Assembly: GCA_040766655.1 (NCBI GenBank)
Contig: JAXGQB010000020.1
Span: 28,327-92,326 of the forward strand
Reading direction: 5' to 3'
Source of the DNA: Anaerolineae bacterium
Lineage (GTDB): Bacteria; Chloroflexota; Anaerolineae; CG2-30-64-16
Length of the DNA stretch: 64,000 nt
Position numbers and translations under genes: made by a program. Positions within the stretch are counted from its first letter, which is position 1; each line of letters begins with the position of its first letter. Of the stretch, positions 34,240 to 43,692 are shown one piece after another. Below the pieces are notes generated by a model that saw only the letters and a program-made list of their open reading frames with translations, did no database searches and had not been told where the DNA came from.

Positions 34240-35051
34240 TCGGGGATCGACGGATCGCGTTCATCGGCTGCGGCCACATCACGGAGATCATCCTGCACAA
34301 CCTGGTGGACCGGCAGGTCGCTCGGGCGGAGAACATCGTCGTCAGCGATCCGCTTGCGGCGCGGCTGCGCCACCTCGAGGATCAGTTCGGCGTGGCCACC
34401 ACGCACGACAACGTGGCGGCAGCCCGCCGCGGGGACCTCATCTTCATCAACCTGCGGCCGGAGGTGGTGGCGTCCGTCCTGCCCGAGCTGCAGGCCGCGG
34501 CCTTGCGGCCCGACCAGGTGCTCATCTCGCTGGCCGCGGGCATCCCCCTGAGCCGCTACGCCGGCCTCGGCGCGGGGCAGCCCTTGGTGCGCGGGTTGCC
34601 CAATCCGCCCAGCCGCATCGGGCAGGGCGTCGCCGCGCTCGTCTTCACGCCGCAGGTCAGCCCGGCGCAGCGGGAGGAGGTGCGCCTCCTGTTCGCCAGC
34701 CTGGGCCAGGTGGTCGAGGTAGACGAGCCCGCCCTGGACGTGATCACCTCGCTGAGCAGCCCGGTGGCCACCCACCTCTTCTTCCAGTCGCTGATCGATG
34801 CGGGCGTGCGCTGCGGGCTGTCCCGCGCGGTGGCGACGGCGGTGGCGGGGCAGACCATCATCGGGTCGATGGCGCTGTGGCAGGCGCGCGGCGCGTCACC
34901 CGCGGAGCTGATCGCGGAGGCCAGCACCCCCGGCGGCATCTCGGTGGAGGTCCTGTTCGCGCTGGAGCAGCACGCGTTCAAGGCCGCGGTGATGGACGCG
35001 ATCGCGCGCGGCGCGGACCGCGCCACCGCCCTGGGCCGCGCGGGAGCGTAA
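34236..35051 (+). CDS. Pyrroline-5-carboxylate reductase family protein
   Basis: ATGA overlap with the upstream gene and a GGGGGAGA RBS. RIAFIGCGHITEIIL dinucleotide fold and the C-terminal STPGGISVEVL signature of the ProC family. Confidence 0.8.
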   Translation: MIGDRRIAFIGCGHITEIILHNLVDRQVARAENIVVSDPLAARLRHLEDQFGVATTHDNVAAARRGDLIFINLRPEVVASVLPELQAAALRPDQVLISLAAGIPLSRYAGLGAGQPLVRGLPNPPSRIGQGVAALVFTPQVSPAQREEVRLLFASLGQVVEVDEPALDVITSLSSPVATHLFFQSLIDAGVRCGLSRAVATAVAGQTIIGSMALWQARGASPAELIAEASTPGGISVEVLFALEQHAFKAAVMDAIARGADRATALGRAGA

Positions 35052-35202
35052 GTCTCTCCGCCAGGTTACTGAAAGTTGCGGCCGCGGCGAAGCGGAGAGA
35101 CGCTTACAGCAGCCCTGTGCTATAGTTGAAAGGTGCGCGGCACGTGCGTGGCTGCGCGTTATGTGAAGCGTATCGGTGTAACGGTGTGGGAGGAAGTATA
35201 CG

Positions 35203-36366
35203 ATGGCCATTGTGCAGACCATCCTCGCCGCCCTGGCGCGGCAGACCGGCAAGCTGCTCAACACGGTGTTCGGGTGGGCGACCACCACCCTCTTCGGCAA
35301 GGTCCCGCAGGCACGGCAGACGTGGCTGTCGGTGCTGTCGCTCGCCTCGGTAGCCTGGATGATCGTCGTCGTCGGCGTCATCTTTCCCAAGGCCGCCGTC
35401 TTTCTGCTCTCGTTCGTGACGCTGCCCCCATGGGTCGACGACCGGATGATCCGGCTGGCCATGCTGGCCGCGGCGCTCGTGCTGCCCCTGGTCGTGGGCT
35501 TCGTCTCGCTCAAGCTGTTGGATCCCGCAGATCGCCCCAAGGGCGCCGGGGCCACGCTCAAGGCGATCCTGCGCGGCTACCCCTCCACGGTGGCCATTGC
35601 CGTCGCACTGATCATGATGATCGTCTTCGTCCCCGTGATGAAGGCGCGCACGATGCTCAAGCGGTGGACCTCCGAGCACCTGCCCATGGTGGTCGAGGAG
35701 CAGGACTACCTGCGCACCGTGGCCGACATCGAGGCCGCGCTGGACCAGGCGGGCTTCGAGGTCGACCGGAAGCGGGCCGGCTTCATGCTGCGCCTGCCCC
35801 TGAAGGTGATCACCGCGCTCGGACGCGGCGGCGCGCGTAACCTCATCTCGGACAACCTCACGACCCTCGTCTCGCCCCGGCTCGAGCTGATCCTGCACCC
35901 CTCCGACCTGGTGATCAACGGGAGCAAGTACGACGCCGCGCGCGTGCGCGCGATCGTCGCAGAGCAGCTTTCCTTCTCCGAGGCCTACCTCACCTGGACG
36001 AAGGAGGGCAACGAGATGGAGGACCGGCTGCGCGAGGCGTGGCACGAGGTGCGCGGCCAGTCTGCGGGCAAGGCGCCGGCCGAGGCGACGCGGAAGCTGC
36101 AGGCCATCGAGGCCGACCTCCGCGAGGCGAAGATCGAACACGAAGAGTGGGAGATCCTCTTCCGCAGCAAGCTGCTGGTCGAGCGCGGCCTGCTGCAGGT
36201 GGCCGCAGGGCTGACGGACCGGCCGAAGGAGCCCAGCGAGGCAGACGCGGCCACCCTGGGTGCAGACCAGATCGCGGCCGGCCAGCCGGCGGGCGCGAAG
36301 GTCGTGCGGGGGCTGTCGCTGCTGTCCGCCGCGGCGCTTGCCTGGGCCCTCATCCGCCGCCGCTGA
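35203..36366 (+). CDS. Hypothetical membrane protein (3-4 N-terminal TM helices plus a soluble helical C-domain)
   Basis: 387 aa with a GGGAGGA RBS. Hydrophobic segments WLSVLSLASVAWMIVVVGVIF, LAMLAAALVLPLVVGFV and TVAIAVALIMMIVFV. No recognised motif. Confidence 0.6.
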   Translation: MAIVQTILAALARQTGKLLNTVFGWATTTLFGKVPQARQTWLSVLSLASVAWMIVVVGVIFPKAAVFLLSFVTLPPWVDDRMIRLAMLAAALVLPLVVGFVSLKLLDPADRPKGAGATLKAILRGYPSTVAIAVALIMMIVFVPVMKARTMLKRWTSEHLPMVVEEQDYLRTVADIEAALDQAGFEVDRKRAGFMLRLPLKVITALGRGGARNLISDNLTTLVSPRLELILHPSDLVINGSKYDAARVRAIVAEQLSFSEAYLTWTKEGNEMEDRLREAWHEVRGQSAGKAPAEATRKLQAIEADLREAKIEHEEWEILFRSKLLVERGLLQVAAGLTDRPKEPSEADAATLGADQIAAGQPAGAKVVRGLSLLSAAALAWALIRRR

Positions 36367-36516
36367 GCGCGGCATGGGCCCGGCAACGCCAAGTTTGGCT
36401 GTTGCTTAGCCGCAGAGACCGCAGAGCACACAGAGAGAGGGTGGAGTGGAACCTACGGTGCTGGCGGTGCGTCTCCGATGTAGAGACGGCCGTCAGCTAC
36501 TCTAAGGGAGGTCGTT

Positions 36517-37311
36517 ATGAGCCGCCACCTGTCTCTCACCCTCGGACTGATCGCCTTGCTTACGGTGAGCTGCGCTCCGCTGCCCGCACCGATCCCTGCT
36601 CCCGCCACAGCCACATCTTCCGCCGCGCTTCCTAACCCCGCGTCCGTGTACTGCGAACAACAGGGCGGCCGTCTCGTGATCCATTCCGATGCGACGGGCG
36701 CCCAGTCGGGCATCTGCCGCTTCGCCGATGGCAGCGAGTGCGACGAGTGGGCGTTCTACCGCGGCGAATGCGGCCCGGGGGTGACGTTCGAGGCTGCGCC
36801 CGGCGCAGCAACGTACACCTCGACCGCGCTCGGCGTCAGCTTCAGCTACCTGCCCGTCCAGAACGGGCAGACGATCGGGGTGCTGGAGCAGGGCGATCGG
36901 ATCTACGTCTACCCCGCGCACATGGAACCGGCCGCGGGCCAGTGGGTGCAGGTGTTCCCCAAGCAGCCCGAGGAGAGCCTGGCGGACGCGATCAGAAGGG
37001 TCCTTATGCCGGGGCACCCCGAGGCGGACTGCCTGGTGACCGCGATGGCGGAAGTGCCCGGTGCGTCCGGGGGCCGGCCGGCCGGCTTCGAGTATGCGGC
37101 GATCACGGTGCGGCGCGCGGCAGGCGAGGATGAGGCGGCCGTGCTGCCCAGGTGGCGGACCTGTCCGCAGCCCTACACGGTCGTCGGCGGCATCGGCTAC
37201 TTCCAGGCCGACGCCGCGCATCCCGACAGGTTCGTCTTCTTCAGCATCGGCCAGTACGCCATCCTGGCCGGCCCGGACTTGCCCTGGCAGGAGACGATCC
37301 GGTTCGAGTGA
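36517..37311 (+). CDS. Lipoprotein with an N-terminal DUF333-like domain
   Basis: AAGGGAGG RBS and lipobox LLTVSC. NPASVYCEQQGGRL......GICRFADGSECDEWAFYRGEC matches the DUF333 Cys pattern. Confidence 0.7.
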   Translation: MSRHLSLTLGLIALLTVSCAPLPAPIPAPATATSSAALPNPASVYCEQQGGRLVIHSDATGAQSGICRFADGSECDEWAFYRGECGPGVTFEAAPGAATYTSTALGVSFSYLPVQNGQTIGVLEQGDRIYVYPAHMEPAAGQWVQVFPKQPEESLADAIRRVLMPGHPEADCLVTAMAEVPGASGGRPAGFEYAAITVRRAAGEDEAAVLPRWRTCPQPYTVVGGIGYFQADAAHPDRFVFFSIGQYAILAGPDLPWQETIRFE

Positions 37312-37388
37312 GGCGCGAGGAGGCTCATTTCTTGACCTGCTCCTTCCGCTCTAGCACCTGCTCACTGTCCTAACACTCCATGTACGAT

Positions 37389-37417
37389 TTGACATATGCT
37401 GATGGCATTGGTAAGGT
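37389..37417 (+). promoter_or_regulatory. Candidate promoter of the RHS toxin gene
   Basis: TTGACA (37389-37394), a 17-nt spacer, then TAAGGT (37412-37417). This implies a ~150-nt 5' leader that contains the repeat at 37481-37580. Confidence 0.4.
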
Positions 37418-37480
37418 ATTGCCAGTTGTCGTTCGCAGCGCAGAGATTCTTGTGAACCGGCTCTTCGGGTTACGCGCCTC

Positions 37481-37580
37481 TCGTCCGTCCCGCTTGGTTG
37501 CCACAGATTTCCGGTTGCGCCCACATCCCACCCTGCCGCGATGTTGCGGCAGCAACACCAAGGAAGGTGTTCCGTGAAAT
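37481..37580 (+). repeat. RHS leader repeat, copy A (covers the 5' UTR, RBS and start codon)
   Basis: Aligns by eye with 44589-44684 at roughly three-quarters identity. The core CCAAGGAAGGTGTTCCGTGAAAT (37558-37580) matches 44662-44684 at 22 of 23 positions. Confidence 0.8.
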
Positions 37581-40500
37581 CCCGCCCCTACGCTCAACTG
37601 CTGTATCTGCTGGTCATTTGCGCGCTCGTCTTCGGCCAGCCGGTGGCTGCAGGTAGCCTGAAATCGTACCGCCAGGCACCTGCCGGAACCAGCTCGGTTA
37701 CCCCTTCCACCTTCGATTCGCCCTTGCCGCCGCCGACGCCGGAGCCCACGGCTGTTGGTTCGCCGCCACCCAGTGCAACGCCCGTCCCAACTGACGTCCC
37801 TCGGGGTACGGTTACGCCGCCTGCCACGACCCCGCCCCCTTCGGCCACGCCAATTCCTACGCGGGCATCTGTGGGCCTCAGCTTCCTGGCCGAGCCGGCC
37901 TTCGTAACGCCCGGACAGATCATCACCTACACCGTGGCCCTCGCCAACGACTCCAGTGCCACAGTTCCAGGGATTGAACTTAGCAATACTCTGCCGGCCG
38001 CCCTGGACTTTGTACGCGGGAGCGATTGGACGTACGACAGGCCGACGAGACGTCTGTCCCGCCTCGTCCCGCCGCTCCAAGCCGGCGTTGCCATCACCTT
38101 CACCTTTCAAGCCCGGCTGAACGATCTGCCACTCGGGAGCGTGGTCACCAACACCGTCGCGGCCGTCGCTCCTATCATGCGCCAACCCCTGACGGCTGAG
38201 AGCGCCGTAGACGTGGCCGGTCCTGCGGCCGACGCCGCCTGGTTCGACACGCCGGGTGGCTGGCTCCGCTCCCGAGATGGCCAGGTCGCGCTCAAGCTTG
38301 CGCCGGGCAGCGTTACGGGAGCGACGCATATTGGCTACAAGGCCCGTCCTGACTTGATGGGCCTCGAGGGCGGCTTGCGCTATGCGTTCAGCCTCGACGC
38401 CCACGATGCCGCGGGCCAGCCGCAACATCGCTTCGCCGCGCCGCTCGAGCTCGTGCTTTCTTACCAACCCGGCGAGTTTCCGGCTGATCCCGCGTTGGCG
38501 CTCCGATTAGTCTATTACAACGAGGCGACCCAGACCTGGGAGCACCTGCCGACAAAGGTGGATGCGCGCCGCCGCCAACTGCGCACCCAGATCAACCACC
38601 TCAGCTTGTTTGGCGCGCTGGTTACTTCGACCGAGCCGCCCACCTTCACGACTGAGCGCATGAGCCAGGTGCGGGGCGCGCAAGGTAATCTATTTAACCT
38701 TAGCATCGCCTATGATTATGACTTCCGGTTGCCGGCCGGGTCGGGCGGGCTTACGCCGCGTTTGGGCCTGCACTACGACAGCACCAACCATTACAGCCAG
38801 CAGAGCCACCTGTCGCTGGTCGGCGGCGGCTGGGGCGTGACCGGAGCCGATTTCGTTTACAGCACTCCCGGTGGGGTCGAGACGACGCTCTTCCTCCAGG
38901 GCCACACGTACACCCTGGTGAACTATCAAGGTGGCTGGTTTGCCAGGGAAGATCCGCTCTTGCGCATCCAGCACACCGCCGTGGACGACCCGTACTTCGG
39001 CTCTGCGAACTACTCCGATTGGCGCGTCACGACGCGCGACGGCGCCGTTTACCATTTTCGAGCTGAAGCCACGCACAACTTCAACAGCTTTAACCTGCCT
39101 TATCCCGGCGAATTCTACTGGGGTTGCACCCCGCAAGGCATCCCCGATGTATGGCGAAACCTGAAGTGGGTGCGTGTCCCGCTGGTTGACGTGACCGACG
39201 CGCACGGTAACACGATCAGCTACACCTGGCTTAGTGAGGAAAAGGGCAGCGACGGGACTCCCTACGGCTGCGCGCCCATGATACCGGAAATGGACAAGTT
39301 CGTGCGCGCGTTGCGGTTAAGCCAGGTCACGTATGGGAACGGTCACCTGCGGGTCCGGCTGGACTACACGGGACGGAACGATATCGCCTGGGACCATGAC
39401 AAAAGCAACAGCTGGAATTTCTACCCCACCGTGAAGCTAAGCACCATCACGGTCGAGGCGCAACTGCCCAGCCTGGCCTGGACCGGCGTCCGCACTTACA
39501 CCCTCGGCCACAGCAATATCCCGACAGAGTATGACGAGCAGACGCTGCTGAATCTGATCAGCGTTACCGAGGACGGCGGCGGGTTGAGCGAGACCACGAC
39601 GTTCGGCAAAGGCGACGACTCCGACTTTGCCTACAACCCCTGCACGTTCGACCACCTGCGCTGGATCCAAAACGCCTACGGCGGGAAGGTCTCGTTCACC
39701 ACTGCGGAACCCGGCTACTGCAATGCAGACAGCTTGCGCGGCCAGGTGTTAGCGACGCGCACGGAGACCGACCTGGTGACCAACCAGAGCGCAACCTGGA
39801 CCTACCACCACGGTAACGACTGGGATGCTAAAGCGCATGGTTACGGGTCGGTTTGGGTGGATCGTCCTGAGGGCGCCGAGGTGCATCACTTCTGGACCAC
39901 CGCCTACGTCAACGGTCAGCCCATCACTCACCTTGCTGGGAAAGAGAAGGAGCGCTGGGACTGCGCGAGCCAGACGAACGGCGCCTGCTCGAACTGGCTC
40001 ACTTTCACGGCCACCGATTGGATCAGCACCACCCAATCCCTACCCCTGGCCAACTACTCCGCGATGCCTTTGCAGGTCCAGCCCCGCTTCGTCCACGCCA
40101 GTGAAGTACGGGAGCACCAGCAGAACACCACGGTGAAGCGGACAGTCTACCGTTACGATCCGGCTGCCCAAGTGTCACCTAACGGCAACGGCGCGGCGCA
40201 ATACGGCAACCTAACCGAGGTGCAGGAGTATGCAGGGGCGGCCAACGGCTGGGCAGCGCAGCCCTACCGCACGTCGCGCACCCGTTACTATCCCAACCAT
40301 GCGGAATGGATCATCGACAGACCGGCCGTGCAACAGGTTTACGCCGGGACGGCGACGCTGGTGGCGGAAACGCGCTCCTACTACGACCACCATGCCAACC
40401 TCGGCGATGCGCCCGATCCGGGCGACCTGACGCGCCAGGAGCAAGTTGCGGTGCGCGGCGGGCAGTACGAGGACGCGAGCCGGTGGACGCACCGCGACTA

Positions 40501-43500
40501 CAGCTACGACACCTACGGCAACCGGACGCTGGTTCAAGATGAACTGCAGCATCCGACGACCACCTGTTACGACGGGTGGTTCCATGCCTTTCCGCTCAAG
40601 ACGACCAATGCGTTGCAGCAGTCCAGCAGCGCGTACTACTACGGCGTGCCGGGCGGCAGTTGTGCGGTGGCGGACGGTCCGCTGAGCTTCGGCCCGGGGC
40701 GCTTCGGACTACTTGAGCGTAGCCAGGATGCCAACGGTGTCAGCACGACGTACACGTATGATGACTTGGGACGGGTCACCAGCGTGGTGGAGCCGCCGAA
40801 CGACGGCGCCAATCCCACGCGGACCTTCACCTACCGCGCGTCGGCCGGAATCGGGCCGAACCAGCCCTTCTGGGTGCAGGAAGCGGTGCGCGACGATGGC
40901 GGTGAGACGAATTACCGCGCCACCTACACCTTTTACGACGGATTCGGCCGCATCCTGCAGCGTTCGACTGAAGCACCCCGCGCTGTAGGCGGCCAAGTCC
41001 AATACATCGAGAGCCGCAACGCGTACAACTGGCGCGATGCCAAGCGTTACGCGAGCGTACCGGCCTACGTCTTGGCCGAAAGCGACGGCTCGACAGTCTA
41101 TCATCCCGTGACAAACTGGACCACGCTCCCGCACACCGGCTACGAATACGACGCGCATGGCCGCCTTTCCAAGACCATCGGCCCAGACCTGACAGCCGAG
41201 CGCACGTACTACTCAGTGACCGCCACCTCGGAAACCCGTCTGCTCACCGCCGCCATCGACGCCAAGGACCACATGACCATTCATGAAAGCGACCCCTTCG
41301 GTCGCCTGGTCACGGCGAAGCAGTTCGCGGGCGAGTTCACCGGCGAGCCTGGCTGGGGCGCGCCCGCTTACGCGACCGCGATCTATGCCTACGACGTGGC
41401 CGATCGCCTGGAGAGTGTCACCGGCCCGGCTACCCCCGCTACGCGCATCTACTACGACGGGCTTGGCCGCAAGGAACGCATGGAAGATGTCGACCTGGGC
41501 CTGTGGCGCTACAGCTACACGGCCACGGGCGCGCTGGAAACCCAGACCAACGCCGAGGCCTGCGTAACCACCTTTGGCTATGATGACGTGGGGCGCTTGA
41601 CCGGCAAGAGCTACAGCGGCCCACAAAAGTGCGCCACCGCGGCCGTCAGCTATACCTACGACGAGGGGCTGAACGGCATCGGCCGGCGCACCGCCATGCG
41701 CGACGGCTCGGGTAGTACGACCTGGCAATACGACGTGCGGGGCCGCGCAATCGCCGAGACGCGCACCATCGCCGACACCGCTTTCACCACCTATCGCACC
41801 TACCGCTCCGACAACTCACTGGCGACGCTTGCGTATCCGGATGGCGAGGAAGTCACATACGGCTACGACGCCACGGGGCGCGTGACCTCGCTAAATGGCA
41901 CGGCGTATGAAGGAAGCGGCCAGCCCGGCAACTACCTCTCCGGCGCCGCGTACACGGCGCTCGGTCAACCCGCCAACCTGCAGTATGGCAATGGCGCCGT
42001 CGTCGGATACACCTATCACCCTGATGACTACCGCCTGGCGGCCATCACGGCGCCCGGGGTGAGCCTCTGGTACGACTACGATCCGGCCGGCAACGTCCGG
42101 ACCATCACAGACACCTTGCAGACAACGCCGGTCACCACGTTCGGTTACGATGAACTCGACCGCCTTAAGTCGGCCCGGGGCGCGTACTCGGCCGACTACA
42201 CTTACTCGGCCAACGGCAACCTGTTGACGAAGGGCGAGGGTGGGAGCAGCGTGAGCCTGACCTACCCGGCGCCCGACCACGCGCACGCGCCGGCCTCGGT
42301 GAACGGCGTCAGCTATTCGTACGACAATAACGGCAACGTGACGTCGGACGGCCGCCGCACGATGACCTACGATGCAGAGAACCGGCTGAGCCAGGTGATC
42401 AGCGGGACGCTGACGACGACCTTCGCTTACGATGGTGATGGGAACCTCGTGGTGCGCGTCGCGCCGGACGGAACCAAGACGTTGTATGTCAGCCCAGCCT
42501 TCGAGGTGACGGTCTCCACCGCCGCACCGCCGCCCCCGCCGACGCCGTCGCCGCGGCCCGGGTACATGGTCTATCTCCCCTGGGTGTCCAGCCGTGCGCT
42601 CTCGTGCAGCACGCTGATCGAGGGCCACCCCATTCAGATCCGCAAGCACTACCTGCTCGGGCAACAGCGTATCGCCCAGCGCGATGCCTGCAACGGCGCA
42701 ACAACCGTCTTCTTCTACCACGATCTCCTCGGCAGCACAGCAGCGACCAGCGCGGGCGAAAGCGCCCGCTACTGGCCATATGGTAATATGAGGTCCGGTA
42801 ACCTGAACAGCACGGACTATCGCTTCACCGGGCAGCGCAACGATAGCTCTATTGAGCTGTACCTGATGGGCGCCAGGTGGTATGATCCGTCACTCGGCCG
42901 GTTCATCTCTCCGGACAGCATTATCCCGGATCCCGGAAATCCGCAAGACCTGAACAGGTACGCCTATGCTCTGGGCAACCCTGTCAAATATCGCGATCCG
43001 ACAGGGCATTGGGTAGAAACGGCCTTCGATGTCGTCAGTGTTGGCTTCGACATTGCTACGGTTAAGCAGGATCCGTCTTTCTGGAATGTTGCAGCGCTGA
43101 TAGTTGATGTCGGCGCTGTCATAGTGCCGTTTGTTCCATCGGGTGCTGGTTGGCTTGCTCGTGGTCGAAAAGCTGCAACGGTATTGACACACATTGATTT
43201 GGGAATTGACGCGCTAAGGGCTGCAAGAGGGATCGATCAAGCGGCAGATGCCGTCGCGGCTGCAAACAAACTGAGAGAGGTTGCATCGCGAGGTGATGAC
43301 GTAAGTGACTTTGCTCGAATTCTAGCCGAGGCGTCCACTCATGGTAGCGGTGAGCGCGTTGTATTGGGTCAGTGGGTCGAGGGCGCCGGCTATATCGCTG
43401 AGGCACAGAAAAACGGCGGCAGGTACTACGAGACGGCGTCGGGCGTTTGGGATGCCCTCGGTCGAAATGAGAAATTGGCCTGGGCTGCGAATGAGCAGTT

Positions 43501-43681
43501 TCTGCGGCTACAGCTAGAGTCTGGAGTGAAGCGTATCGACTTCGTTGGCGAATCGATCGACGATGTCCTCACGAAGGCGATCGGAAGCTTCAGATGGAAA
43601 GAGGTTAACTGGTTACTTGACAATGCTGGAAGATATGGGTACGAGTTAGTGGGCAACAGCTGGGTAAAGGTCGCACCTTGA
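37574..43681 (+). CDS. RHS/YD-repeat polymorphic toxin with an N-terminal signal, Pro/Thr linker, DUF11-like domain and a variable C-terminal toxin domain
   Basis: GTG 37574 follows AAGGAAGG (track ORF ATG 37541). Dozens of YD-type repeats (Y.YD..GR). The core ends in RYAYALGNPVKYRDPTGHW (DPTGHW = 42995-43012), followed by a 222-aa tail. Confidence 0.9.
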   Translation: MKSRPYAQLLYLLVICALVFGQPVAAGSLKSYRQAPAGTSSVTPSTFDSPLPPPTPEPTAVGSPPPSATPVPTDVPRGTVTPPATTPPPSATPIPTRASVGLSFLAEPAFVTPGQIITYTVALANDSSATVPGIELSNTLPAALDFVRGSDWTYDRPTRRLSRLVPPLQAGVAITFTFQARLNDLPLGSVVTNTVAAVAPIMRQPLTAESAVDVAGPAADAAWFDTPGGWLRSRDGQVALKLAPGSVTGATHIGYKARPDLMGLEGGLRYAFSLDAHDAAGQPQHRFAAPLELVLSYQPGEFPADPALALRLVYYNEATQTWEHLPTKVDARRRQLRTQINHLSLFGALVTSTEPPTFTTERMSQVRGAQGNLFNLSIAYDYDFRLPAGSGGLTPRLGLHYDSTNHYSQQSHLSLVGGGWGVTGADFVYSTPGGVETTLFLQGHTYTLVNYQGGWFAREDPLLRIQHTAVDDPYFGSANYSDWRVTTRDGAVYHFRAEATHNFNSFNLPYPGEFYWGCTPQGIPDVWRNLKWVRVPLVDVTDAHGNTISYTWLSEEKGSDGTPYGCAPMIPEMDKFVRALRLSQVTYGNGHLRVRLDYTGRNDIAWDHDKSNSWNFYPTVKLSTITVEAQLPSLAWTGVRTYTLGHSNIPTEYDEQTLLNLISVTEDGGGLSETTTFGKGDDSDFAYNPCTFDHLRWIQNAYGGKVSFTTAEPGYCNADSLRGQVLATRTETDLVTNQSATWTYHHGNDWDAKAHGYGSVWVDRPEGAEVHHFWTTAYVNGQPITHLAGKEKERWDCASQTNGACSNWLTFTATDWISTTQSLPLANYSAMPLQVQPRFVHASEVREHQQNTTVKRTVYRYDPAAQVSPNGNGAAQYGNLTEVQEYAGAANGWAAQPYRTSRTRYYPNHAEWIIDRPAVQQVYAGTATLVAETRSYYDHHANLGDAPDPGDLTRQEQVAVRGGQYEDASRWTHRDYSYDTYGNRTLVQDELQHPTTTCYDGWFHAFPLKTTNALQQSSSAYYYGVPGGSCAVADGPLSFGPGRFGLLERSQDANGVSTTYTYDDLGRVTSVVEPPNDGANPTRTFTYRASAGIGPNQPFWVQEAVRDDGGETNYRATYTFYDGFGRILQRSTEAPRAVGGQVQYIESRNAYNWRDAKRYASVPAYVLAESDGSTVYHPVTNWTTLPHTGYEYDAHGRLSKTIGPDLTAERTYYSVTATSETRLLTAAIDAKDHMTIHESDPFGRLVTAKQFAGEFTGEPGWGAPAYATAIYAYDVADRLESVTGPATPATRIYYDGLGRKERMEDVDLGLWRYSYTATGALETQTNAEACVTTFGYDDVGRLTGKSYSGPQKCATAAVSYTYDEGLNGIGRRTAMRDGSGSTTWQYDVRGRAIAETRTIADTAFTTYRTYRSDNSLATLAYPDGEEVTYGYDATGRVTSLNGTAYEGSGQPGNYLSGAAYTALGQPANLQYGNGAVVGYTYHPDDYRLAAITAPGVSLWYDYDPAGNVRTITDTLQTTPVTTFGYDELDRLKSARGAYSADYTYSANGNLLTKGEGGSSVSLTYPAPDHAHAPASVNGVSYSYDNNGNVTSDGRRTMTYDAENRLSQVISGTLTTTFAYDGDGNLVVRVAPDGTKTLYVSPAFEVTVSTAAPPPPPTPSPRPGYMVYLPWVSSRALSCSTLIEGHPIQIRKHYLLGQQRIAQRDACNGATTVFFYHDLLGSTAATSAGESARYWPYGNMRSGNLNSTDYRFTGQRNDSSIELYLMGARWYDPSLGRFISPDSIIPDPGNPQDLNRYAYALGNPVKYRDPTGHWVETAFDVVSVGFDIATVKQDPSFWNVAALIVDVGAVIVPFVPSGAGWLARGRKAATVLTHIDLGIDALRAARGIDQAADAVAAANKLREVASRGDDVSDFARILAEASTHGSGERVVLGQWVEGAGYIAEAQKNGGRYYETASGVWDALGRNEKLAWAANEQFLRLQLESGVKRIDFVGESIDDVLTKAIGSFRWKEVNWLLDNAGRYGYELVGNSWVKVAP

Positions 43682-43692
43682 AAGGAGAGTTT

